A stretch of 64,000 nucleotides of DNA, from contig JAZQAZ010000018.1 of the NCBI GenBank assembly GCA_045545475.1, forward strand, positions 32,001 to 96,000, in the 5' to 3' direction. The translations under genes were made by a program, and so were the position numbers. Of the stretch, positions 54,810-64,000 are shown piece by piece. The notes under the pieces were generated by a model. The model searched no databases, was not told the origin of the DNA, and worked only from the letters and a program-made list of their open reading frames with translations. The first letter of the stretch is position 1. Every line of letters begins with the position of its first letter. Source of the DNA: Clostridia bacterium (lineage in GTDB: Bacteria; Bacillota; Clostridia; CAKSNL01; HGM11501).

Positions 54810-57593
54810 ATGAAAAGAGTATTAAGCTTGCTCCTTTGCCTGATGATGGTTTTGTCAGTTGTTTTTGCGATTCCTTCATCTGCGGCAGGGGAAGTGGTCT
54901 TAAAGCCTTCAGATGTGGACTATAATTCAGTAGTGTCCTACAGCGCTGACGGCATAAGAGGCCTTGAAAGAAAGGGTTATTTCGGCTTTAAGGATGTTGA
55001 TTTAACCGGAATTAATTCAATTTCTATGGAGTTTTACAACAAAATGGCAGGAAACTCCAACGGTGAAACCTTACTGGTTATGGTTGATGATCCCAAAAAG
55101 GGTGAGTGCATCGGCTCCCTTACAATGTCGGAGCTTGGCGAAAAGGTAACTGTTAAAACAGCAATCACACCCACCACGGGAACACATGACCTTTATTTTT
55201 ATTGTTTATATGGCAGACAGACCTGGAATGAACTTAAGGTTTTTGACATAACACTTTCTCCTGAAACCTATGTTCACGATACAGCGTCCGCCAAGGTTCC
55301 GGATTCTGCAATAATTGACAACTTCTCTGATACATGGGTTGCAACCGACGATATGGGAAGAAGTATTGCTACATATGAAGAAGCGGGCGACGTTAAGACT
55401 GACGGCCGTGAGGTTGGTATTTTATACTGGAACTGGTTTATAGATAAGGCACCCACAATCCGTGCATATGTAATTCCCGAAATCGTGGCAGAAAAGCCCG
55501 AAGCAAAGGAAAACTATATGGACCCCATATGGGATCCTCAGGGTAAGTTCTACTGGGGCACACCCATATTCGGATATTACACATCCTATGAATACTGGGT
55601 ATATCGTAAGCATGCGGAGGTTCTTTCTCTTGCGGGTGTAGATGCAATTTTCTTTGACTATACCAATAGCGGTAATAACTTCATTCCCACACTTAATATC
55701 CTTGCACAGGCGTTCCGAGATGCAAAAGCATCCGGTGTTGACATTCCGAGAATTTCGGGAATGATGACACTCGGCGGTGCAAAATCCGACGCTTTCAGAG
55801 GAAGAGCTGCAATTTATTATAACTGCTTTGTATTAAATGACTATTCCGATATCTGGTACTACCGCGACGGCAAGCCCTTATTATTCGGTAATGCGGCAAC
55901 AAAGTTTGCAGCACCGGACGTTGATGCAGATAACAACTTTGAACCCGAGTTCCTTAAAGAAATGGATGATTTCTTCACCATAAGATATGCAGGCGCAAGA
56001 GGTAAGCAGAAGGGTCATAATAACGGTGTTGACGAGTGGATGTGGCTTGAAAACTTCCCCCAGCCCCTTCGTAATGTTGATCCTGAAACAGGCAGAGCTG
56101 AATTTGTGGCTGTAGGTACAGCTATAAACGAATCTACTGTAATCGGCGGAGCTATGACAGGCGTATTTTCCGACCAGTACTCAAAGGGAAGAGGCTTCTC
56201 CGAGGTATTCGGTGAAGATTATAGTGCTGACGGAATGAGAAAGGCATACTTCTTCCGTGAGCAGGCGGCCCTTGCTCTTAAGGCTGCTCCTGAATTTATC
56301 ATGGTTGGCGGATGGAACGAATGGACAGCTGTAAGAAATGCTGTATATAACGGTTTCCCCAATGCCTTCGTTGATACCTATGACTATGAAAACAGCCGTG
56401 ACTTTGAGCCTAACGACGGCCCCTTAAAGGACGATTATTATATGCTTTTAACAGATATGATAAGAAAGTTCAAGGGCGTGCGTAAAGCTCCGGTAGCTTC
56501 AGGAATGACAACGATTGATGTAAATGGCGATGCATCTCAGTGGCAGAATGTAGGTCCTGCATTTATAAACGCTTATCAGGATTATGAGCGTGACGGCGAC
56601 GGTCTTGCAAAGCCCCGCTCAAGCGAAGCTTATCACTATACAACAACCGTTGTAAATGCAATTAAGGGCGCAAAGGTTTCCTTTGATGCTGAAAACATTT
56701 ACTTTATGGTTGAGACAGAAAAGGATATAGTTAAGGATGCTGAAAACTTCCTTACACTTTATATCAACGTAGACCGTAACCGTGCTACAGGTTGGGAAGG
56801 CTATGACTATGTTGTAAATAAAGACGGAATCGGAAAATTATCTTCATTTAACGGAAACGAATTTACAACAACAGCGATGGCTGACCTTACATACAGCATA
56901 AAGGGTAATATGCTCCAGATTGCAATCAAGAGAAGCGATATAGCAGAAAATGCAACCGTTGACCTTGAATTCAAGTGGACAGATTCTGTTGATGCTAATG
57001 GCAACTTCTTAAACCTTTACAAGGACGGAAGCGTTGCTCCTTACGGAAGGTTTAACTATCTCTACACGGAAATCGAGCAGACAACCTTGACTGATGCCGA
57101 AAGAAACGAAATGTATCATACATCCACCTCCGTAATCAAGGCAGGAAGCCCCAAGATGATTGCAAATGGTGGAAAGATGTATGTTCATGAGGCAGATATA
57201 AGAGTTACACCCTTCGAGGAAAACGGTACACTTTACGTTCCCGAATCTGCATATAATGAAATTATGGAATACGGCAGAAGCAAGACGGAATATAACAGCT
57301 TCTACAATATGTTCTTCACACATCACTATGATATGAACGACGAGCTTACAGAAACCGAAAATTACATCTGGACTTATTCACTTCTTGATTCATGTGAAGT
57401 AAGAGTAAACGGAAAGATTGCTACACTTTCCGCTCCCGTTAAGTATGTAAACGGAATATTCTTTGTTCCTGTTTCATTGATTGCAGAATGCTACGGCTGG
57501 GAAGTAAAGAGCCTTGGAAACGGTGTATACACAGTAAGTAAGCTTGGTGCAGATATGGCTACGGTAAATGCCGTAATGGGCCATCTTAACTAA
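54810..57593 (+). CDS. Secreted modular putative glycoside hydrolase, copy 2 (paralog of 27071..29920)
   Basis: Same architecture with shared blocks 'GNSNG', 'TTGTHD', 'VGILYWNWF', 'WNEWTAVRN', 'SRDFEP' and 'DRNRATGW'. Confidence 0.7.
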   Translation: MKRVLSLLLCLMMVLSVVFAIPSSAAGEVVLKPSDVDYNSVVSYSADGIRGLERKGYFGFKDVDLTGINSISMEFYNKMAGNSNGETLLVMVDDPKKGECIGSLTMSELGEKVTVKTAITPTTGTHDLYFYCLYGRQTWNELKVFDITLSPETYVHDTASAKVPDSAIIDNFSDTWVATDDMGRSIATYEEAGDVKTDGREVGILYWNWFIDKAPTIRAYVIPEIVAEKPEAKENYMDPIWDPQGKFYWGTPIFGYYTSYEYWVYRKHAEVLSLAGVDAIFFDYTNSGNNFIPTLNILAQAFRDAKASGVDIPRISGMMTLGGAKSDAFRGRAAIYYNCFVLNDYSDIWYYRDGKPLLFGNAATKFAAPDVDADNNFEPEFLKEMDDFFTIRYAGARGKQKGHNNGVDEWMWLENFPQPLRNVDPETGRAEFVAVGTAINESTVIGGAMTGVFSDQYSKGRGFSEVFGEDYSADGMRKAYFFREQAALALKAAPEFIMVGGWNEWTAVRNAVYNGFPNAFVDTYDYENSRDFEPNDGPLKDDYYMLLTDMIRKFKGVRKAPVASGMTTIDVNGDASQWQNVGPAFINAYQDYERDGDGLAKPRSSEAYHYTTTVVNAIKGAKVSFDAENIYFMVETEKDIVKDAENFLTLYINVDRNRATGWEGYDYVVNKDGIGKLSSFNGNEFTTTAMADLTYSIKGNMLQIAIKRSDIAENATVDLEFKWTDSVDANGNFLNLYKDGSVAPYGRFNYLYTEIEQTTLTDAERNEMYHTSTSVIKAGSPKMIANGGKMYVHEADIRVTPFEENGTLYVPESAYNEIMEYGRSKTEYNSFYNMFFTHHYDMNDELTETENYIWTYSLLDSCEVRVNGKIATLSAPVKYVNGIFFVPVSLIAECYGWEVKSLGNGVYTVSKLGADMATVNAVMGHLN

Positions 57594-57607
57594 GGGAGGT
57601 GCTTATT

Positions 57608-60115
57608 ATGAAGAAAATATTTTCAATAATTCTTTGCTTAATGATGGCACTTTCTCTCATTATGACAGTAAGCGCCGAAAGCGAAATTCCTTTTAGCGAA
57701 AGCTGGAAAATGACAGTATCAAGCTATCACGGAGAAGGCACAAGCATAAGCAAAGCCTTTGACGATGATATTGATACTCACTGGCATACAAGATATACCG
57801 CAAAGGACGGCTCTGTTGTAAGTCACGAACAGCCTCCTTTTGAAATCAAAATTGAATTCGGTGAAACACTTGATGTTTCAGGCTGGAAATATACCCCCAG
57901 AACCGATAACGGTACAGGTACCGTTACCGCATATTCAATTTATGCCACAAAAGACGGCGAAAAATATGTAAAGATTTATGACGGTAAGTTTGACTATATC
58001 GGCGGAGCAAACGTGGTACGTGAGCCCTCCACCGCTTCCTGGGGAAGCTACGATATGTCGGGAATCATAATTTATGTTACCGAAGGTCTCGGTGGCTACG
58101 GAACCGCTGCTGAAATTGACTTCCTCACAGGAACAAGCGGAGAAGCTTTGACAAACGGTGAAGAATATAAAGGCATCCCCGAAGAGGAGAGTCCCGAAAA
58201 CGGATATATCCCGGGAACAGAACTTGTAAACGAAAATTGGGAAATAGTTGCCTCCAGCGAGCTTGACGGAAACCCCATCGCACGTGCATTTGACGGGGGA
58301 GATGCAAACTTCTGGCATTCTCATTACGATGTTGTGGACGGTTCTCCCGTAAGTACAGACCAGTACCCCTTTACAATAACAGTAACCTTCCCCGAAATGA
58401 CAAAGGTATCTGGATGGTTATACTATCCCAGAACTGACAATGCTACAGGTGTATTCTTAAATTACACAATTCAGGGATCAACTGACGGAACCACCTTCAA
58501 GGATATTTATTCGGGAAGCTTTGACTATCTTGAGCCTGCTGCAACAAACTTCAAGCCTTCCGGTGCATCCTGGGGCGATACCGAAGTTAAAGCAATAAAA
58601 ATTCTTGCAACAAAAACAAGAGGCGACAAGTATGCAACTGCCTGCGAAATCAAGTTCTTCACAGGTGGCGAAAAGGTGGAAGCTTCAAAGCCTGCAGATA
58701 AGCCTGCAGAATCAACCGGAGGATCCGGAAGCGGAAGTGCCGGCGAAAGAGTAAGCTCAACTGGTCTTAAGCTTCTTCCCAAATCCGGCTGGAAGCTTAC
58801 AGTAAATTCCGACAACGGAAACTCCATCGGAAGAGCACTTGACGGGGATGTGAACACCTACTGGCATTCACACTACACCCACGAAGGTCCTACAATAACA
58901 GGTCACGACAATCCTCCTTATTACCTTGAGCTTACACTTCCCGAGATAACGGAAATCGGAGGCGTTGTGCTTGTACCCAGACAGGACGGTAAAAACGGTC
59001 TTTTCTACAACGGAAACCTTTATGTGTCCGACTCCGATGACGGGGAATACTTCCTCTTAAAGTCTGACCTCGCTTTCTCAAACAGCCTTGCGGACAGAGA
59101 AATGCTCTTTGTTGCAAATATAAAGGTTAAGAGAGTAAAGTTTGAGGTTACTGCATCTCAGGGTGGCTACGGATGTCTCGCTGAATTTGACCTTGTTGCT
59201 AAAAATGATGATAATGAAACCGTAAGCTTCGAAGAATACGACGCTATGGACAGACTTTATGCGCTTTATGAAATAGACAGAAATCTGTTCAATGTTGAAT
59301 ATGAAGGTGCAAACTGGGCAGGTCACGAGCCTCCTATGGCGTTTGACGGTGCGGAAACAACCTTCTGGCAGACAGATGCTGTTGATAAGGACACAACAGT
59401 AAGCCTTAAGATCGATATGCAGAGAGTAATCGGAGTAAAGGAAATAGTTTATATTCCGAGACAGACAGAGGATTGTCACGGCTGCTGGATGGGCGTAAAC
59501 ATCTGGGGAAGTAAGGACGGCGAGACCTGGGAGCCCGTTAAGGAAGGCCTTACATATGAAAAGGACATTACAACAAAGACCATAACGCTTGATGAAGAAG
59601 TTTATTACAGATATTTCGAATTTGAAATATACGATTATTTCGCATCAAGAGTATCTGCGGCAGAAATCAAGTTCTTCCAGTCAAGGGATGCAAGGGATAA
59701 ACTTAATTCCGCTGAGGGAGAAGAATATATCCTTAAGATTGGATCTAAGGATATTCAGTATAAGAATGCCGACGGCGAAGGAACAAAGACAATCGACGTT
59801 GCACCTTATATTGTAAATGGCTCAACATTAATTCCACTAAGAGGTCTTGTCGAACTGATGGGTGCTGAAATTACATGGGATGGCGAAACTCAGACGATAG
59901 GTCTTGATAACGGCATTTATGAAATGACTCTTCAGATATGCAACAAGCTTGTATATGTTAAGGATCCTAAATACGGAAATATTAAGTACACACTTCTCAA
60001 TTTCCCCGTAATTACAGATAACCGCACATTTATCCCCGTGAGATTCGTATCGGAACAGCTGGGATATAAGGTTGAATGGGATGGAGAAACTCAAGAGATC
60101 ACGATTACAAAATAA
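57608..60115 (+). CDS. Secreted protein: 4x F5/8 type C (CBM32/discoidin) + C-terminal copper amine oxidase N-terminal stalk, copy 2
   Basis: Four 'AFDG/ALDG...W(H/Q)...PR' units; 'VAPYIVNGSTLIPLR' and 'RTFIPVRFVSEQLGYKVEWDG'. Confidence 0.8.
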   Translation: MKKIFSIILCLMMALSLIMTVSAESEIPFSESWKMTVSSYHGEGTSISKAFDDDIDTHWHTRYTAKDGSVVSHEQPPFEIKIEFGETLDVSGWKYTPRTDNGTGTVTAYSIYATKDGEKYVKIYDGKFDYIGGANVVREPSTASWGSYDMSGIIIYVTEGLGGYGTAAEIDFLTGTSGEALTNGEEYKGIPEEESPENGYIPGTELVNENWEIVASSELDGNPIARAFDGGDANFWHSHYDVVDGSPVSTDQYPFTITVTFPEMTKVSGWLYYPRTDNATGVFLNYTIQGSTDGTTFKDIYSGSFDYLEPAATNFKPSGASWGDTEVKAIKILATKTRGDKYATACEIKFFTGGEKVEASKPADKPAESTGGSGSGSAGERVSSTGLKLLPKSGWKLTVNSDNGNSIGRALDGDVNTYWHSHYTHEGPTITGHDNPPYYLELTLPEITEIGGVVLVPRQDGKNGLFYNGNLYVSDSDDGEYFLLKSDLAFSNSLADREMLFVANIKVKRVKFEVTASQGGYGCLAEFDLVAKNDDNETVSFEEYDAMDRLYALYEIDRNLFNVEYEGANWAGHEPPMAFDGAETTFWQTDAVDKDTTVSLKIDMQRVIGVKEIVYIPRQTEDCHGCWMGVNIWGSKDGETWEPVKEGLTYEKDITTKTITLDEEVYYRYFEFEIYDYFASRVSAAEIKFFQSRDARDKLNSAEGEEYILKIGSKDIQYKNADGEGTKTIDVAPYIVNGSTLIPLRGLVELMGAEITWDGETQTIGLDNGIYEMTLQICNKLVYVKDPKYGNIKYTLLNFPVITDNRTFIPVRFVSEQLGYKVEWDGETQEITITK

Positions 60116-60117
60116 TT

Positions 60118-60153
60118 AAAAAGAAAGACTTGTTTTTACAAGTCTTTCTTTTT
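60118..60153 (+). terminator. Intrinsic terminator
   Basis: aaaaagaaagacttgt-tttt-acaagtctttcttttt. Confidence 0.85.
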
Positions 60154-60173
60154 GCTTTTCAGCCATATATTGT

Positions 60174-60202
60174 TTGACAGAACGTGAAAAATATGGTATA
60201 CT
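60174..60202 (+). promoter_or_regulatory. SigA-type promoter of the hprK operon
   Basis: TTGACA-17 bp-TATACT with extended TG. Confidence 0.75.
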
Positions 60203-60234
60203 AAATTGATAAATAATGCTTTGGAGGGAATGCT

Positions 60235-61206
60235 ATGGCGGAAAAGGTTTTTAAAGTTCATCTTAAAAAAATGGTAGACCATTTTAAGCTTGAAGCAATT
60301 CACGAGCCTGAAAATATCGAAAAGATAAAAATTAAAAATTCAGATATTTTCAGACCCGGTATTCAGCTGGCGGTGGATTTTTTTGAGCATTTTGATAATA
60401 CCAGACTTCAGCTTTTCGGAAAGGTGGAAATTGCATATCTTGCGAGTCTGACAAGCGAGAAAAGACTTTCTGTTTTGAAAAATCTTTTTTCTCACAATGT
60501 CCCTGCAGTTGTTATAACAAGAGGACTTGAGGTTTTTCCTGAATTTGTTGAGGCAGCAGAGGAATATGATATTCCTTTATACAGAACGGGGAGCGGAAGC
60601 TCGGCTTTCATGAGTGCGTTAATTGCCTGGCTTAATTTAGAGCTTGCACCCAGAATTACCCGTCACGGCGTTTTGGTTGAAGTATACGGTGAAGGTGTGC
60701 TTATTTTGGGAGAAAGCGGAGTTGGTAAAAGTGAGGCGGCGGTTGAGCTTCTTAAGAGAGGTCACAGACTCGTTGCCGACGATGCCGTTGAAATTAAAAG
60801 AGTGTCTGCCATTTCAGTTGTCGGAAGTGCCCCTGAAATCATCCGTCACTTTATAGAAATCCGTGGTATCGGAATCGTTGACGTAAGAAAAATTTTCGGT
60901 ATGGGTGCTGTTAAAAACTCCGAGAAAATCGACCTTATCATAAATTTGGAACAGTGGGATAAAGAAAAGTCCTATGACAGACTTGGTATGGAAAACGAAA
61001 CAACGGACATATTGGGAATTAAAATTCCTTCTGTAACCGTTCCCATCCGTCCGGGCAGAAACTTAGCTGTAATTGTTGAGGTTGCGGCGATGAACAACCG
61101 TCAGAAGAAGATGGGATTCAATGCGGCTGAGGAATTAAGCGACAGAATAACAAAACAAATGGAATTAACTATGCTTGAAGAAGCAGAAGATGAAGACGAA
61201 GAATAA
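60235..61206 (+). CDS. hprK: HPr(Ser) kinase/phosphorylase
   Basis: 'HGVLVEVYGEGVLILGESGVGKSE', 'LVADD', 'EIRGIGI' and 'PGRNLA'. Confidence 0.97.
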   Translation: MAEKVFKVHLKKMVDHFKLEAIHEPENIEKIKIKNSDIFRPGIQLAVDFFEHFDNTRLQLFGKVEIAYLASLTSEKRLSVLKNLFSHNVPAVVITRGLEVFPEFVEAAEEYDIPLYRTGSGSSAFMSALIAWLNLELAPRITRHGVLVEVYGEGVLILGESGVGKSEAAVELLKRGHRLVADDAVEIKRVSAISVVGSAPEIIRHFIEIRGIGIVDVRKIFGMGAVKNSEKIDLIINLEQWDKEKSYDRLGMENETTDILGIKIPSVTVPIRPGRNLAVIVEVAAMNNRQKKMGFNAAEELSDRITKQMELTMLEEAEDEDEE

Positions 61207-61218
61207 GGAGTTGTAACT

Positions 61219-62163
61219 ATGTATTATTTAGCAGTAGATTTAGGCGGTACAAATATAAAGGCAGGTCTTGTAGATGAAAATGGTAACATCTTAAACCGTG
61301 CACAACGCCCAACAGGTGCCGAAAGAGGATACGAAGAAATTGCAAAGGACATAAGTCTTTGTGCATTGGAAGCGGCTGAGGTTGCAGGCGTTTCTCTTGA
61401 TGAGATTGAATCCGTAGGTATCGGAAGTCCCGGAACAATCGATAATAAAAAGGGCATAATAGTTTATGCAAACAACATAAATTTCAGAAATACACCTTTA
61501 AGGGCTGAAATGCAGAAATATATCAATAAGCCCATATATATGGGTAACGATGCAAACTGTGCGGCACTTGGCGAATATGTAATGCTTAAACAGGATATGG
61601 ATTGCTTCGTATTCGTAACATTGGGCACAGGCGTTGGCGGCGGTGTTATCATAAACGGTAAGCTTTTCACAGGCTTTAACGGTGCAGGAACAGAGCTTGG
61701 ACACACCACACTCTTTATGGGAGGAAAGGAATGTACCTGCGGTAAGAAGGGATGCTGGGAGCGTTATGCTGCAACAACTGCGGTTATCGATATGACCAAG
61801 GAAGCGGTTAAAGAAAATCCCAATTCTTATCTTGCATCCCTCTGTGACGGAGATATTGAAAAGGTTGGCGGAAAAACCGCATTCACAGCAATGGAAAACG
61901 GCGATGAACTTGGAACGAAGATTGTTAATCAGTGGATAGAATATGTTGCAGAAGGTATTACAAACATGGTAAATATTTTCCAGCCTGAAGTTTTATCCAT
62001 CGGTGGAGCAATCAGTCGTGAAGGCGACAGAATCTTAAAGCCTATCATAAAATATGTTGAAGAAAACCGTTATTCAAGAGATGTTGAGCAGACTAAAATT
62101 CAGATTGCCAAGTACGGTAACGATGCAGGTTTAATAGGTGCGGCGTTCCTTGGCAAACATTAA
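61219..62163 (+). CDS. ROK family glucokinase
   Basis: 'DLGGT', 'NDANCAALGE', 'ELGH' and 'CTCGKKGCWE'. Confidence 0.92.
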   Translation: MYYLAVDLGGTNIKAGLVDENGNILNRAQRPTGAERGYEEIAKDISLCALEAAEVAGVSLDEIESVGIGSPGTIDNKKGIIVYANNINFRNTPLRAEMQKYINKPIYMGNDANCAALGEYVMLKQDMDCFVFVTLGTGVGGGVIINGKLFTGFNGAGTELGHTTLFMGGKECTCGKKGCWERYAATTAVIDMTKEAVKENPNSYLASLCDGDIEKVGGKTAFTAMENGDELGTKIVNQWIEYVAEGITNMVNIFQPEVLSIGGAISREGDRILKPIIKYVEENRYSRDVEQTKIQIAKYGNDAGLIGAAFLGKH

Positions 62164-62175
62164 TCGGAGGTAATT

Positions 62176-63063
62176 ATGGAGCGTTTTTTCGAGAAAATTG
62201 CAAAAATTACAAAAGTAACGGAAAACGAACCGATGAAAAAACACACAACTTTCAGAATCGGAGGACCCGCCCGCTTTTTTGCAGAACCCGGATCCTCGGA
62301 AGAACTTATAGCTCTATTAAAGACTGCTAAAGAAAGCGGAATCAAGCCCATTGTTTTGGGCCGTGGTTCAAATGTGCTTGTGGCGGATGAAGGCCTTGAT
62401 ACACTTGTAATATCTATCGGAGAAAATTTTTCTGATATAAAGGTCGTAGGTAATGAAATATATGCCTCTGCCGGTGCATCGCTTTCTGCCATAGCTCAGG
62501 CGGCACTAAAAAACTCGCTTACAGGATTTGAGTTTGCATCAGGCATTCCGGGAAGCATCGGCGGTGCGGTTTACATGAACGCAGGAGCCTATGGCGGAGA
62601 AATGAAGGATGTGATTATAAAAAGCTTCTATCTTGACGAAGATTTGTGTGAGAGAGAATGCACAGATCATGAATTTTCCTACAGAAAAAGCTTTTACACG
62701 GGCAAAGATTTTGTCATAACCGGTGCAAAAATTCGTCTTAAAGAAGGAGACGCGGCACAGATTGGCGAAAGCATGGCAAACCTTGCTAAAAAGCGCCGTG
62801 AAAAACAGCCAATTCAGATGCCCAGTGCAGGAAGTGTGTTTAAAAGACCTGAGGGGTATTTTGCAGGTGCATTAATTGAAGAGGCAGGTTTAAAAGGGTA
62901 TCGTATCGGCGGTGCGGAAGTTTCTGCTTTGCATGCAGGATTTATAGTTAATGCAGGAAATGCAACATGCAAGGATGTACTTGATTTAATTTCTCATATT
63001 CAGAAAACAGTTTATGAAAAAAACGGAGTAAAGCTTGAAACAGAGGTTAAAAAAATAGGATAG
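62176..63063 (+). CDS. murB: UDP-N-acetylenolpyruvoylglucosamine reductase
   Basis: 'HTTFRIGGPA', 'GSNVLV', 'GIPGSIGGAVYMNAGAYG', 'SAGSVFKRP' and 'HAGFIVN'. Confidence 0.97.
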   Translation: MERFFEKIAKITKVTENEPMKKHTTFRIGGPARFFAEPGSSEELIALLKTAKESGIKPIVLGRGSNVLVADEGLDTLVISIGENFSDIKVVGNEIYASAGASLSAIAQAALKNSLTGFEFASGIPGSIGGAVYMNAGAYGGEMKDVIIKSFYLDEDLCERECTDHEFSYRKSFYTGKDFVITGAKIRLKEGDAAQIGESMANLAKKRREKQPIQMPSAGSVFKRPEGYFAGALIEEAGLKGYRIGGAEVSALHAGFIVNAGNATCKDVLDLISHIQKTVYEKNGVKLETEVKKIG

Positions 63064-63090
63064 AAAAGTCTCCGGGAAAGGAATTTTGCT

Positions 63091-63945
63091 ATGCGTTTTA
63101 TAATAGTTACAGGTATGAGCGGTGCAGGAAGAACCCAGGCTTCGCATTGCATGGAAGATATGGGATATTACTGTATTGATAATCTTCCTCCGGTTTTGAT
63201 AGATAAATTTGCAGATATATGCGGTCATTCTCAGGGGAAACTTGAAAAAGTTGCCCTTGTAATGGACCTTCGAGGTGGTTATCTTTTTGAGCAGCTTACC
63301 GATGAACTTGAGAATTTAAAATTAAACGGCTATGAATACGAAATTCTTTTTCTCGATTCAAACGAAGAGACGTTGATTAAAAGATACAAGGAAACAAGAA
63401 GAAAGCATCCTCTGGCCTCCGAGGGCTCTATACTGGAAGGAATACGCAGAGAAAGGGAAATTTTAAGTCAGATAAAAGCTGTTTCTGACTACATTATAGA
63501 TACATCAAATATGACTCTCGGAAACCTTAAAAAGAAAATGGAAGAGCTGTTTTCCTGCGGGGAAAATAAGGATAACTTCCATGTGGAAGTGGAATCCTTC
63601 GGATTTAAATTCGGAATGGCTCTTGATGCGGATCTGGTGTTCGATGTGAGATTTTTGCCGAATCCCTATTATGTTGAAGAACTCAAAAAGAAAACCGGAA
63701 CGGATAAAGAGGTTTGTGACTATGTATTCGGCGAAAAAGTTACATGGGAGTTTTGCGAAAAACTTTCCGATATGATGGACTTTTTGATTCCAAAATACAT
63801 GGAAGAAGGAAAGAACAATCTTGTTGTGGCAATCGGCTGTACGGGCGGTAAACACAGAAGCGTCGCCGTGGCAGAGCATCTTGCTTCATATCTTAGAGAA
63901 AATGGAAATAATGTAATAGTGACTCACAGGGATATTGACAGATAA
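63091..63945 (+). CDS. rapZ: RNase adapter RapZ / YvcJ
   Basis: 'TGMSGAG', 'DNLPP', 'ETRRKHPL', 'DVRFLPNPYY' and 'GCTGGKHRSV'. Confidence 0.95.
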   Translation: MRFIIVTGMSGAGRTQASHCMEDMGYYCIDNLPPVLIDKFADICGHSQGKLEKVALVMDLRGGYLFEQLTDELENLKLNGYEYEILFLDSNEETLIKRYKETRRKHPLASEGSILEGIRREREILSQIKAVSDYIIDTSNMTLGNLKKKMEELFSCGENKDNFHVEVESFGFKFGMALDADLVFDVRFLPNPYYVEELKKKTGTDKEVCDYVFGEKVTWEFCEKLSDMMDFLIPKYMEEGKNNLVVAIGCTGGKHRSVAVAEHLASYLRENGNNVIVTHRDIDR

Positions 63946-63971
63946 TTATAATTTGTAAAGGATGTAAGGGT

Positions 63972-64000
63972 ATGTCTTTTTCCTCTAAAATTAAAGACGA
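63972..64000 (+). CDS. whiA: Probable WhiA, N-terminal fragment (runs off the window)
   Basis: MSFSSKIKD matches the usual WhiA N-terminus; typical position after rapZ; only 9 codons visible. Confidence 0.6.

Overview
A gene-dense, AT-rich chromosomal segment from an endospore-forming Clostridia-class bacterium. This is inferred from the SLH proteins, the gerA/B/C operon, sporulation-type promoters and hprK-rapZ-whiA. The housekeeping scaffold (glnS, sua5-ywlE-rimI-tsaD, nagA, dinB, a four-subunit 2-oxoacid:ferredoxin oxidoreductase operon, ssb, ruvX, hprK, murB, rapZ, whiA) is interleaved with accessory surface and nutrient-foraging loci. The strongest candidate for a little-described system is a cobalamin-riboswitch-controlled operon (14.5-25.5 kb). 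It encodes a 1717-aa SLH-anchored protein with a BtuH-like domain and a DUF4430 domain, then an alpha/alpha-barrel protein and a DUF4430 protein that together resemble a split transcobalamin, then an ECF transporter whose S-component is fused to a double ATPase. Other notable items: a gene pair present twice (GH99-like enzyme plus multi-CBM32 protein, all carrying a copper-amine-oxidase N-terminal 'stalk' domain); an orphan large serine recombinase coupled to an unannotated 40-aa ORF; an orphan Card1/Can2-like CARF nuclease; an ADP-ribosylglycohydrolase with two substituted metal-binding aspartates; an SLH-serpin; two more small ORFs missing from the ORF track; and three AraC-type operators with 21-bp periodicity. 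No rRNA, tRNA or CRISPR array was seen. All family assignments come from motif recognition by eye, not database searches.
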